From: a virus
DNA length: 64,000 bases
Reading direction: 5' to 3' (one strand)
IMG/VR virus record: IMGVR_UViG_3300032326_002451
Location: 46,316 to 110,315 of that record
The notes beneath the pieces were generated by a model. The model was not told the DNA's origin. It did not search any database and saw only the letters and a list, made by a program, of their open reading frames with translations. Positions 18,958 through 27,815 of the stretch are shown piece after piece; the stretch's first letter is position 1; each line of letters begins with the position of its first letter. A program made the position numbers and the translations under genes.

Positions 18958-21900
18958 TAACTTGTGCTCCTATAATTTAAATCAACTTCAATAGTTTGTA
19001 CTTTAGAAAGTGTGCTGTTTATGTCCTCTAAAATTTCAATATCAACTTCAATAGTTTGTAGTTTTTCATACCATCCTACGACTGGAATGTGAATTACAGT
19101 GATTTCACTTTCAATAGTTTGCTTTCTTTCATACCAAGAATGGATATTTCCTGGGAATTGAGGAATCTTAAGTTTATGTCTGCCTTGTCTCTCAGCTGTT
19201 CTAATACCATAAGGTCTTATGAAACTTTCACTATATAGTTTGTGTAAAGTGAATTTTTTGGTTTTATAAAGATTAATATTGACTGTATCGGATGCAGTCA
19301 ATGGTGTATCGAATATCACCTTACCTTCTAACGGATAAAGTGTATATCCTGAACTTAGAATATTAGAGTTGACTATGACTTCTGCAAATGTGTAGACTGA
19401 TGAATCCCAGAAGTTGACATTTACTCCATCAATAGTAACAAATATTTCCGTACTCGAGCCGAAACCATTCAATCTGTAAAGTGATAAATCAAATTCGCCA
19501 TTGTGAACCCTTTGTTCACTACTTATGGCCCAAGGATAAATTCTGTCTCTTCTTACAAGTTCGTGATAACCAATTGCTTGAAGAGACTCAATTGTATATG
19601 GATAAATTCTTGATATTGCTTTTAACTCATGAAGACCTAATATCTCATCACTTATTATTGAATAAGGATTTATTCTTGATACAGTCGTTAGCTTATGCAA
19701 TCCAAGATTTTCAAGACTTGTTATTGTATATGGTGAAATTAAGTATCCAACTTTTTCTAAGATATGTAAACCTAAGTTTGAAATATCCTTTATTGCAGAT
19801 GGATAGATGTTATAGTTTGAATTAAGTGTATGTAATCCAATTTGTTCCAAACTTGCAATAGAGTAAGGTCTTATGTCTGAGAAGTAAACAAATCTGTGTA
19901 AACCTAATTTTTCATCATTTGAAACAGCATATGGATAAATATTTTTTACATTCGTTAGTAAATGCAAGCCCGTAGTTTGATCTGTAAATATAGATGTTGG
20001 CCTAATATTTATTGGTGGAATGAATATTGTGTGAAGACCAGTTTGTTCATTACTTACAATACTATAAGGAATAATTGGATATTCATATACAAGTCTATGA
20101 TTTGATGCTTTTTCAATAGTCTTGACAGGATATGGTTGTATATTTACAGATCCAGGTAATAATGTTGGTGGCTTCGGATATAAGTCTGATGGAGAAGGAA
20201 CAATTGGACCATAACCAGGCAGTGTTGGGAATGAATTGTTTAGGTAAATGTATTGACCATATCTCAAGGTCATGACACCACCTGTACCACTATCTACTAT
20301 CAATGAATATGGATATATAAATGCTCTTGTAGTAAGTCTGTGTCGCCCCAATCTTTCAACGCTTGATATTGAATATGGCTCTATGCCAATGTTGTATCTA
20401 ATCTGATGCAAACCAACATTTTGATTTGTAAGAATTGAATATGGGTAAATAGCCTTAATATTTGATAAAGTGTGAAGACCTAAGAATTCATTACTTCTAA
20501 TAGAGTAAGGATTGATCTGTATTCTGCCAGCCAGTGAATGATAGCCAGTTTTGCTGATATCTAATATTGTATACGGATAAATATTTTTATTAGAAGTAAG
20601 CCTATGTAACCCTAATATTTCATTAGACTTGATAGAGTATGGATATATTGCCTTTATGTTTGCAAGTGTATGCAATCCAAGAGTTTCACTTGAAACAATT
20701 GAATAAGGCAAGATATTGTTTGTACTTCTTAATCTGTGTAATCCAAGCTTTTCAACAGAAATTATTGTGTAAGGCAATATATTTTTGACTGTAGAAAGTG
20801 TGTGTCTTCCAAGATTTTCTGTTGATCTAACTGTATATGGATAAATATTATTGATAGATCTAAGAGTGTGAAGGCCTAATTTTTCATCAGAGACTATAGA
20901 ATAAGGAAGTATTGTAATATTTCCTAATAAACGATGTAAACCAAGTTTTTCTATTGACTTAATTGAGTATGGTCTTATGTCTACACCAGCAATAGAAAGT
21001 AAATGAACATTAGCTTTTTCAGTAGATAGTATTCTGTATGGATAAATATAATTTAAAGCACGTAATGTATGTAGGCCAGTCTTTTCAATAGATAAAATTG
21101 TGAAAGGATAAATATTTTTTGAAGTTGTGAGTCTATGCAAACCAAGTTTTTCAATTGACCTAATCGAATATGGCACTATTCCTCTTATTGAAGTAAGTAC
21201 ATGAAGGCCTAACTTTTCATTTTCCTTAATTGTGTATGGATATATATAAGCTAAACCACGTAATGTGTGTAGTCCTAATTTTTCTATAGATTGTATTGCT
21301 GATGGGAAAATGAAATTGCCACCAGTTGTAAGTATATGCCTTCCCAATCTTTCCGTAGTTCGAATAGCATAAGGCCTAATATTTGCCAGCGTATTCAAGG
21401 TATGAAGGCCTAAAAGTTCAGTGCTTACAATTCTATAAGGTAAGATATTTGTTACTGATGAAATCCTGTGTAATCCAAGCTTTTCATTTGTGATAACACT
21501 GTAAGGATAAATATTTTTTGCAGATGTAAGTCTGTGTAATCCTAAAATTTCATTTGATCTTATAGAATAAGGATTGATATTATTTCTTGCATTTAATCTA
21601 TGAATTCCAAGATTATCAATGCTTATGATTGAATATGGAATGATTGAACTAAATTTACCTAATCTATGTAAACCTAATTTTTCACTTGAAATTATTCTGT
21701 AAGGTAAAATATTTACATTTCCAGGTGAAAGTCTATGAACGCCCAATAATTCTGTTGATCTGATAGAATATGGTCTTATTCTCGCTAATGATGTAAGTCT
21801 GTGTCGTCCTAAATTTTCTAAACTTATGATTGTATATGGGATTATATTAATTCTTGAAGATAATCTGTGATATCCCAAACGATCAATTGTGAGCACAGAA

Positions 21901-24900
21901 TAAGGTCTTATATTTACAGATCCTGGCACTAAGTTATGAAGGCCTAACTTTTCCACTCCCAGGATTGATGCGGGTCTTATGTCTGACCCTAATGCGATTA
22001 AGACATTTTTACCAGAAACACGCTCTGTGCTAATTAATGAATAAGGTAATATATTTTTAAGTGATGTAAGAGTATTTCTGCCTAATTTTTCTAAACCTAA
22101 AATTGATTTTGGATAAATATTGTAAAGACTTCTTAAAGTGTGTAATCCAGTTTTTTCAGCAGTTGAAATACCTCTATTTGCTAAGTTAATAACAATTCCA
22201 CCAAAAGTAAGTCTTGGTAACCCCAATCTCTCCGCTGAAGGAATACCATAAACATAATCAACGAATTGAGCTTCAATATTGGTTAGGTGATCAAATGCAG
22301 AATCACTAAATGCTGTGATACCCATGTAACCTTTAGTGTAAGTGGTATCAGTTACAATTAAAGTAGCAGCAGTTACTAAGGATCCACCACCAGAGGCATA
22401 TAATTTAGCTGTTATTACACCGGAATCTGTCCATGTTACAATAATTCTATACCAAGTGTTTGGTATGACGAGTCCAGGTAAGTTGTACGAAGCTAAAGTT
22501 GTTGTTGTACCACCAATAGTTCTTCTTAAAGAGAATGATGGATTCCCAGTGGTATTTGCAGCGTTGACCACAGCAAAGTAACCATTTCTCACATCAGATG
22601 CTTGTACGCCAAAAGCTAAACCAGCTATACCATTACCGCTTAGAACTTGCAACCAACCTGCCCAGTAGAAGTCTGCGCCTCTGAGATATTCCAAAGGATA
22701 TGCAATTGTTGCAGTACCAGCTGTATTTGGGAATGCAGTAGATCTTCTTAAAGATTTTCCTTCAGGGTATAAACTGTAGGCTTGTTCCCATATAAACTGA
22801 TCACTATTTCCAAATGTAAATACATTTACATCATCTAATTTATCGTAAAATCTATTTCTAAATCTTAATCCTGATCCTGTTGACTCTACAGATAAAATAG
22901 AATATGGTTTTATAAATCTTAATAATTTATGCAAACCAAGTTTTTCTGTGTCTCTGATTGAGTAAGGATTGATATTTCTTTGACTTTTAAGAGTATGTCT
23001 GCCCAAATTCTCAAGAGTTTTTTGAGTGTAAGGTCTAATATTGCTTGTAAGTTTTGTCTGCAAAGAAACATTTTCAAATGTTCGAATAGAGTATGGCAGT
23101 ATGTTTGTTAACGCACGTAATCTCTGTCTGCCAATATATTCAATAGACCTAACACTATAAGGAACAATTGATTTTATGGTAGATAATCTGTGCTGACCAA
23201 GACTTTCTACAGAAATAATTCTGTATGGTCTTATATTTGAAATACCCGTGGACAATCTTACAAATGAAGATGTTTTTTCTGTTGAAATCAAAGAAATATG
23301 AATTATATTTGATATACCACGTAAAGTATTTCTGCCTAATCTTTCAATAGATCTGATACTATATGGATAAATATTCTTTAGTGTTCTAAGGTTATGTATT
23401 CCTAAAAACTCATTAGATATAATTCTATAAGGTCTAATGTTGTATGCATTTTTAGATACAGTATGGTATCCATTTCTCTCTGTCGATAAAATAGTTCTTG
23501 GATAAATATTGTAATTTGAAGAAATATTTTGCCTGCCAATAATTTCAATGCTTCTTATTGAATATGGTAGAATATTTTTTCTGGTAGTAAGTCTATTAAC
23601 ATTTGTAGTTTTTTCTGTAGATCTAATTGTGAATGGAAGAATATATGCCGCAAGTCCGGAAATTATTTGTCTTCCTAAAAATTCTGTTGACCTTAAGGAA
23701 TATGGTCTTATATTTACTCCACTTACTGTAAATCTAACAAAACTTGAGACAAATTCCATAGATTTTATTGAATATGGTCTTATGGAAGCAATATTTGATA
23801 ATGTGTTTAGCCCAAGTTTTTCTGAATCCTTGACGGGATAAGGTCTTATGAATAATGATCCGGCTGAAAGTCTATTGTATCCAACTCTTTCAGTGCTTCT
23901 TATGCTGTACGGAATTATATTAGCAATTGTGGAAAGTCTATGTACTCCAAGTCTTTCATTAGAATAAATTCCATAAGGAATTATAGATCTAAAAGCTGAT
24001 AATGCATGGTGCCCAGTTCTTTCAATGGACAAAATCCTATATGGGTAAATGTTTCTTATCGAAGATAATCTTGTGATATTTCCAATTTGTTCAATAGATC
24101 TTATGCCGTAAGGTCTAATGAATGAAAGACTTGAAAGTCTTTGCTGGCCAAGATTTTCAATTGACCTAACACTGTACGGAATAATATTTTTTATATTTGA
24201 TAAATTGTGAATTCCAAGCTTTTCAATAGAATTTATTGTGTAAGGATATATATTTCTTAAAGATGAAAGTCTATTGAAACCACTTACAAGTTCTATCTGC
24301 TTTATCGAATAAGGAATTATAGATCTTATGGTAGATAATCTATTTTGGCCCAGTAATTCTGTAGATGTTATTGAGTATGGTAAAATATTTTTTATTGATG
24401 ATAATCTGTGATATCCAGTACTTTGAGTTGTAAGAATTCTATATGGATATATATTGTAAGCTGCTTTAAGTAAAGTTGCTTGCCCAAATCTTTCTAAATC
24501 AAATATAGAGTACGGGATAATATTTTTTCTTGTTGTTAGGACATGATATCCATTGTTCTGAACACTAAATATAGAATATGGTCTTATGTTATTATTGCTG
24601 CTTAGTCTCTGAATTCCAATAAGTTCTGTTGTTCGTAAACTATATGGATTTATTGTTACTTGACCTGAAGATAATCTATTTCTTCCTAATCTTTCTGTTG
24701 ATAAGATTGGGTAAGGTATAAGTTGACTTCCTTGAGCAAAAAATCTATTATAAGGCGCCAAAAATTCTATTGACTTAATACTATAAGGAATAATATTAAT
24801 TGCGCCTGGTGTTAATCTTGACAGGTTGCCTAATTTTTCTATTCCTAAAATACTCGGAGGAAGGATATTATTTTGAGCTGATAATCTTACTGCATTATTG

Positions 24901-26669
24901 GTTTTTTCTGAAGAAAAAATAGAATAAGGTCTTATTGAAGAAGCTCCAGGAGATAATGTAGCCAAACCTAATTTTTCTAAATTTAAAATTCCTGAAAAAC
25001 CTTCAATAAATTGAGCTTCTATATTTGTTAAGTGGTCAAAAGCAGTATCACTGAATGCTGAAATACCCATATACCCTGTTGTATATGCAGTGTCTGTAGC
25101 AGTCAAAATACCAGCAGTGACTAAAGACCCACCTCCAGATGCATACAGTTTAGCTGTAATTAATCCAGAAGATGACCAGGTGACAATTATTCTGTACCAT
25201 GTATTAGGAATTACAAGTCCTGATAAATTGTATGAAGCTAATGTGGTAGTTGTACCGCCTACTGTTTTTCTCAGTGAAAATGATGGATTTGCTACTGTAT
25301 TAGCAGCATTTATAACCGCAAAGTATCCATTTCTGACATCTGAAGCTTGAACTCCAAAAGCCATGCCAGCAATTCCATTACCACTAAGAATTTGCAACCA
25401 TCCAGCCCAATAAAAATCTGGACCCCTATCGTACTCCATTGGCAAAACTATAGTTGCTGTGCCAGCAGTGTTTGGAAATGCAGTAGATCTTTTTAAGGTT
25501 TTTCCTTCAGGATATAAACTATACGCTTGTTCCCAAACAAATTGGCTTGTGTCTCCATAGTTAAAAATATTTACTTCATCAAGCGTGTCATAAAATCTAT
25601 TTCTAAATTTATTAATTCCCAATTTTTCAATTGATTGTATAGATCTTGGGTAAATTGAATTTGAAGCTGATAGTCTTTGGTTACCAATTGTTTGATTACT
25701 TGAGATACTTGCTGGATTTATTCGTTTTTGTGTACGTAAATTTGTTCTTCCAAGAATCTCATTAGATCTTATTGCATATGGATTTATATTTTTAGTGCTT
25801 GCTAATCTTGATCGACCTAAATTTTGTGCAGAAACTACAGAATGAGGCCTGATTCGAGCAGCGCCTTTTAATATTGTTGTACGCCCAAGAAATTCTAAAG
25901 TCTTGGCTGAGTATTGATTGATATTTCTGACAACACGATGTCGTGTAGAAACAAATTCAGTAGAGCGAATTCCATATGGATTTATGTTATCTGCAGTCGT
26001 TCCACCAGTGTAGGTTACAACAGCATGTATTCTATCAATTTTTGCAAAATCTATGCCACCTGTAAAACCATCTTTGAAAAGATTGGTTGACAAAACTACA
26101 CCAAAGTTTGAACTTTTTATTTCACTTGGTGTCCATGTAGTTCCCCAAAGATAACTTGTATTACCTAATGTTTCAGTTTCTTCTGTAATGTTCCAATAAG
26201 GAGGTGTTATAGAATTAGCTGTAAACCAGTCAGTGCCTGTCTCATTTGTACCATCTTTAGATAAGTAAACTCTGTCTAAAGAACAGCCATAAACAGCTTC
26301 ACCTACTTCATTCAGTTTGTGTTCAACGTATACTTGTATTCCTGTAATAGTAGCGTCATTAGGTATAGATGATGCTCCAGAACCATTTTTTACAATTAAA
26401 TAAGATGAAATACCATTGTCAATTACAATAACATTTACATTAATTGTTCCAATAGTGTCTGCTAATATTTGAAATCCATATTGATTGTCAGAAGCAAATA
26501 AATTTTGAGGATTGCCACTTGGAAAAGTAAATCCAACATCATTATTTATAAGATTCGTTCCATCAGAAGCCCAAGTTAAATAACCATTGTTGGCATTTCC
26601 TTGAACATAGTACATTCTGTCATGTAATTTTTGAGCATAAGCTGAGAATGTAATTGTTACTGTAGGCAT
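18957..26669 (-). CDS. 2,570-aa repeat fibre-like protein: ~75-80 copies of a 22-23-aa repeat plus two copies of a ~200-aa lectin/LamG-like domain
   Basis: Repeat consensus I-x-P-Y-S-I-x-S-x-E-K-L-G-L-H-R-L (manual count); duplicated domain FRNRFYD...DHLTNIEAQF. Confidence 0.75.
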   Translation of the reverse strand: MPTVTITFSAYAQKLHDRMYYVQGNANNGYLTWASDGTNLINNDVGFTFPSGNPQNLFASDNQYGFQILADTIGTINVNVIVIDNGISSYLIVKNGSGASSIPNDATITGIQVYVEHKLNEVGEAVYGCSLDRVYLSKDGTNETGTDWFTANSITPPYWNITEETETLGNTSYLWGTTWTPSEIKSSNFGVVLSTNLFKDGFTGGIDFAKIDRIHAVVTYTGGTTADNINPYGIRSTEFVSTRHRVVRNINQYSAKTLEFLGRTTILKGAARIRPHSVVSAQNLGRSRLASTKNINPYAIRSNEILGRTNLRTQKRINPASISSNQTIGNQRLSASNSIYPRSIQSIEKLGINKFRNRFYDTLDEVNIFNYGDTSQFVWEQAYSLYPEGKTLKRSTAFPNTAGTATIVLPMEYDRGPDFYWAGWLQILSGNGIAGMAFGVQASDVRNGYFAVINAANTVANPSFSLRKTVGGTTTTLASYNLSGLVIPNTWYRIIVTWSSSGLITAKLYASGGGSLVTAGILTATDTAYTTGYMGISAFSDTAFDHLTNIEAQFIEGFSGILNLEKLGLATLSPGASSIRPYSIFSSEKTNNAVRLSAQNNILPPSILGIEKLGNLSRLTPGAINIIPYSIKSIEFLAPYNRFFAQGSQLIPYPILSTERLGRNRLSSGQVTINPYSLRTTELIGIQRLSSNNNIRPYSIFSVQNNGYHVLTTRKNIIPYSIFDLERFGQATLLKAAYNIYPYRILTTQSTGYHRLSSIKNILPYSITSTELLGQNRLSTIRSIIPYSIKQIELVSGFNRLSSLRNIYPYTINSIEKLGIHNLSNIKNIIPYSVRSIENLGQQRLSSLSFIRPYGIRSIEQIGNITRLSSIRNIYPYRILSIERTGHHALSAFRSIIPYGIYSNERLGVHRLSTIANIIPYSIRSTERVGYNRLSAGSLFIRPYPVKDSEKLGLNTLSNIASIRPYSIKSMEFVSSFVRFTVSGVNIRPYSLRSTEFLGRQIISGLAAYILPFTIRSTEKTTNVNRLTTRKNILPYSIRSIEIIGRQNISSNYNIYPRTILSTERNGYHTVSKNAYNIRPYRIISNEFLGIHNLRTLKNIYPYSIRSIERLGRNTLRGISNIIHISLISTEKTSSFVRLSTGISNIRPYRIISVESLGQHRLSTIKSIVPYSVRSIEYIGRQRLRALTNILPYSIRTFENVSLQTKLTSNIRPYTQKTLENLGRHTLKSQRNINPYSIRDTEKLGLHKLLRFIKPYSILSVESTGSGLRFRNRFYDKLDDVNVFTFGNSDQFIWEQAYSLYPEGKSLRRSTAFPNTAGTATIAYPLEYLRGADFYWAGWLQVLSGNGIAGLAFGVQASDVRNGYFAVVNAANTTGNPSFSLRRTIGGTTTTLASYNLPGLVIPNTWYRIIVTWTDSGVITAKLYASGGGSLVTAATLIVTDTTYTKGYMGITAFSDSAFDHLTNIEAQFVDYVYGIPSAERLGLPRLTFGGIVINLANRGISTAEKTGLHTLRSLYNIYPKSILGLEKLGRNTLTSLKNILPYSLISTERVSGKNVLIALGSDIRPASILGVEKLGLHNLVPGSVNIRPYSVLTIDRLGYHRLSSRINIIPYTIISLENLGRHRLTSLARIRPYSIRSTELLGVHRLSPGNVNILPYRIISSEKLGLHRLGKFSSIIPYSIISIDNLGIHRLNARNNINPYSIRSNEILGLHRLTSAKNIYPYSVITNEKLGLHRISSVTNILPYRIVSTELLGLHTLNTLANIRPYAIRTTERLGRHILTTGGNFIFPSAIQSIEKLGLHTLRGLAYIYPYTIKENEKLGLHVLTSIRGIVPYSIRSIEKLGLHRLTTSKNIYPFTILSIEKTGLHTLRALNYIYPYRILSTEKANVHLLSIAGVDIRPYSIKSIEKLGLHRLLGNITILPYSIVSDEKLGLHTLRSINNIYPYTVRSTENLGRHTLSTVKNILPYTIISVEKLGLHRLRSTNNILPYSIVSSETLGLHTLANIKAIYPYSIKSNEILGLHRLTSNKNIYPYTILDISKTGYHSLAGRIQINPYSIRSNEFLGLHTLSNIKAIYPYSILTNQNVGLHQIRYNIGIEPYSISSVERLGRHRLTTRAFIYPYSLIVDSGTGGVMTLRYGQYIYLNNSFPTLPGYGPIVPSPSDLYPKPPTLLPGSVNIQPYPVKTIEKASNHRLVYEYPIIPYSIVSNEQTGLHTIFIPPINIRPTSIFTDQTTGLHLLTNVKNIYPYAVSNDEKLGLHRFVYFSDIRPYSIASLEQIGLHTLNSNYNIYPSAIKDISNLGLHILEKVGYLISPYTITSLENLGLHKLTTVSRINPYSIISDEILGLHELKAISRIYPYTIESLQAIGYHELVRRDRIYPWAISSEQRVHNGEFDLSLYRLNGFGSSTEIFVTIDGVNVNFWDSSVYTFAEVIVNSNILSSGYTLYPLEGKVIFDTPLTASDTVNINLYKTKKFTLHKLYSESFIRPYGIRTAERQGRHKLKIPQFPGNIHSWYERKQTIESEITVIHIPVVGWYEKLQTIEVDIEILEDINSTLSKVQTIEVDLNYRSTS
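22263..22862 (-). repeat. Copy 2 of ~600-bp intragenic domain duplication
   Basis: Near-identical protein to 25008-25608 with many synonymous differences. Confidence 0.9.
25008..25608 (-). repeat. Copy 1 of ~600-bp intragenic domain duplication
   Basis: WEQAYSLYPEGK..RSTAFPNTAGTATI...DFYWAGWLQ..SGNGIAG..FGVQASDVRNGYFAV shared. Confidence 0.9.
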
Positions 26670-26785
26670 TAGATCACCATGCCATTACACATAAAAACAG
26701 TTAAACAAAAGCCCAATCTATGTGACAGACTGCATTGTCTTGAACGAATTTTAGATTGGGTATTTTTGTTTAAATAAAATCTCAT
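26669..26785 (-). other. Possible 38-aa upstream ORF/structured leader of the giant repeat gene
   Basis: MRFYLNKNTQSKIRSRQCSLSHRLGFCLTVFMCNGMVI ends in TAATG overlap; contains inverted repeat CCCAATCTA...TAGATTGGG followed by CTTTTGTTT. Confidence 0.35.
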
Positions 26786-26841
26786 ACTTGATGCCTTGAC
26801 CATCACGAAAATATATAATATTATTTTTCTGGATAAGCAAT

Positions 26842-26877
26842 AAAAAAGCCTAATAATAATTGCTTATTATTAGGCTT
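26842..26877 (-). terminator. Intrinsic terminator after 80-aa gene
   Basis: 14-bp stem AAGCCTAATAATAA/TTATTATTAGGCTT with T-tract on the minus strand. Confidence 0.75.
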
Positions 26878-26895
26878 ATTGAGTTTTAAAAGGTC

Positions 26896-27138
26896 TTAGT
26901 TGAGTTTTACGACTTCTTCAGATTGTATTGCTTGAGCTTGCAATACTTGTGCTTCTCTAATTTGTTTAATATCTTCTTCGGTGATATTACCAAATTGAGA
27001 TTGAAGTGCAATAAGTCTTTGTCTTTCAGTAATGCGATCAGCTGCTTCTAAGACTTCTTGATGTGCAAGATCACGTATCTTAATTTTAGCATGCATATCG
27101 TCTACTAATTCTTGTTCAGTAATATTTAATAAGTTCAT
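26896..27138 (-). CDS. Small coiled-coil protein (possible fibre chaperone)
   Basis: Q/E/A-rich helical; AAGGA SD; within structural cluster. Confidence 0.55.
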   Translation of the reverse strand: MNLLNITEQELVDDMHAKIKIRDLAHQEVLEAADRITERQRLIALQSQFGNITEEDIKQIREAQVLQAQAIQSEEVVKLN

Positions 27139-27147
27139 GATGATTCC

Positions 27148-27741
27148 TTATATCTTGAAGATCTTGTTTACGGAAGTATCCCAAACAATGGTGATATCAC
27201 CACCGTTACCACTGACTGGCATACCAATAGCTGAATCAAAGAAAGCAATAAGATCCATTGAAGTTTCATAAGAATAGTTGGTAGCAGCAGCAGCAGTAGG
27301 GTTGAGTCCACTTGTGTCTCTGTAAATAACAAAAGCATTGATAGCTGCACCAGATGCAACAGCCAATTGAGTTGTTGAAGCAGCACTTGCATTAGCTACA
27401 CCATTTCCATAGTTTGTAGCAACAATTCCTAATGTATTTGCAGCACCAGCTAACCCACCATAAGAAGCTTGTATAGATCTGTGGCCTGTAGGAATTTGGC
27501 TCAACCAAGTAATCGCATAACCTGCTCCTGCAGGTGCAACTCCAGGGTTTGTTCCATCATCTGTACCAGATACAGGGTTCCAAGCATAACCTGAAGCTCC
27601 AGTAGCTGACCAAACGCCTTGTGTGCCTACGCCAGCGTTTATAAACATGACCTTATAGGATGAACTATTGTTCCATGATAACGTTGTCGGTTGCTGTGTC
27701 AAGAACTTATTTCTTGCCCATGGATATAAAAAATTGCCCAT
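27148..27741 (-). CDS. Conserved phage virion protein of the 'MANALY...AIVIYKDT...LIAYID..TGLPVTPNGGDITI.WD..NKIFKL' type
   Basis: MGNFLYPWARNKFL...AFVIYRDT...LIAFFDSAIGMPVSGNGGDITIVWDTSVNKIFKI; recognised pattern. Confidence 0.7.
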   Translation of the reverse strand: MGNFLYPWARNKFLTQQPTTLSWNNSSSYKVMFINAGVGTQGVWSATGASGYAWNPVSGTDDGTNPGVAPAGAGYAITWLSQIPTGHRSIQASYGGLAGAANTLGIVATNYGNGVANASAASTTQLAVASGAAINAFVIYRDTSGLNPTAAAATNYSYETSMDLIAFFDSAIGMPVSGNGGDITIVWDTSVNKIFKI

Positions 27742-27781
27742 TATTTAAATTCCTTTTATAAAACTCTTATGTTTTAGTAGA

Positions 27782-27815
27782 TATAATTTTCTATTGATGC
27801 AATGTTTCTTCCTTT
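27782..27815 (-). promoter_or_regulatory. Candidate phage late promoter AAAGGA-N19-AAAATTATA
   Basis: Same motif and spacing; overlaps gyrA 3' end. Confidence 0.55.

Noticed and set aside
18957-26669. Periodic ~66-69-bp DNA pattern as a CRISPR array
   Set aside because: It is a degenerate protein-coding repeat in one open frame, with no invariant repeat/unique spacer structure.
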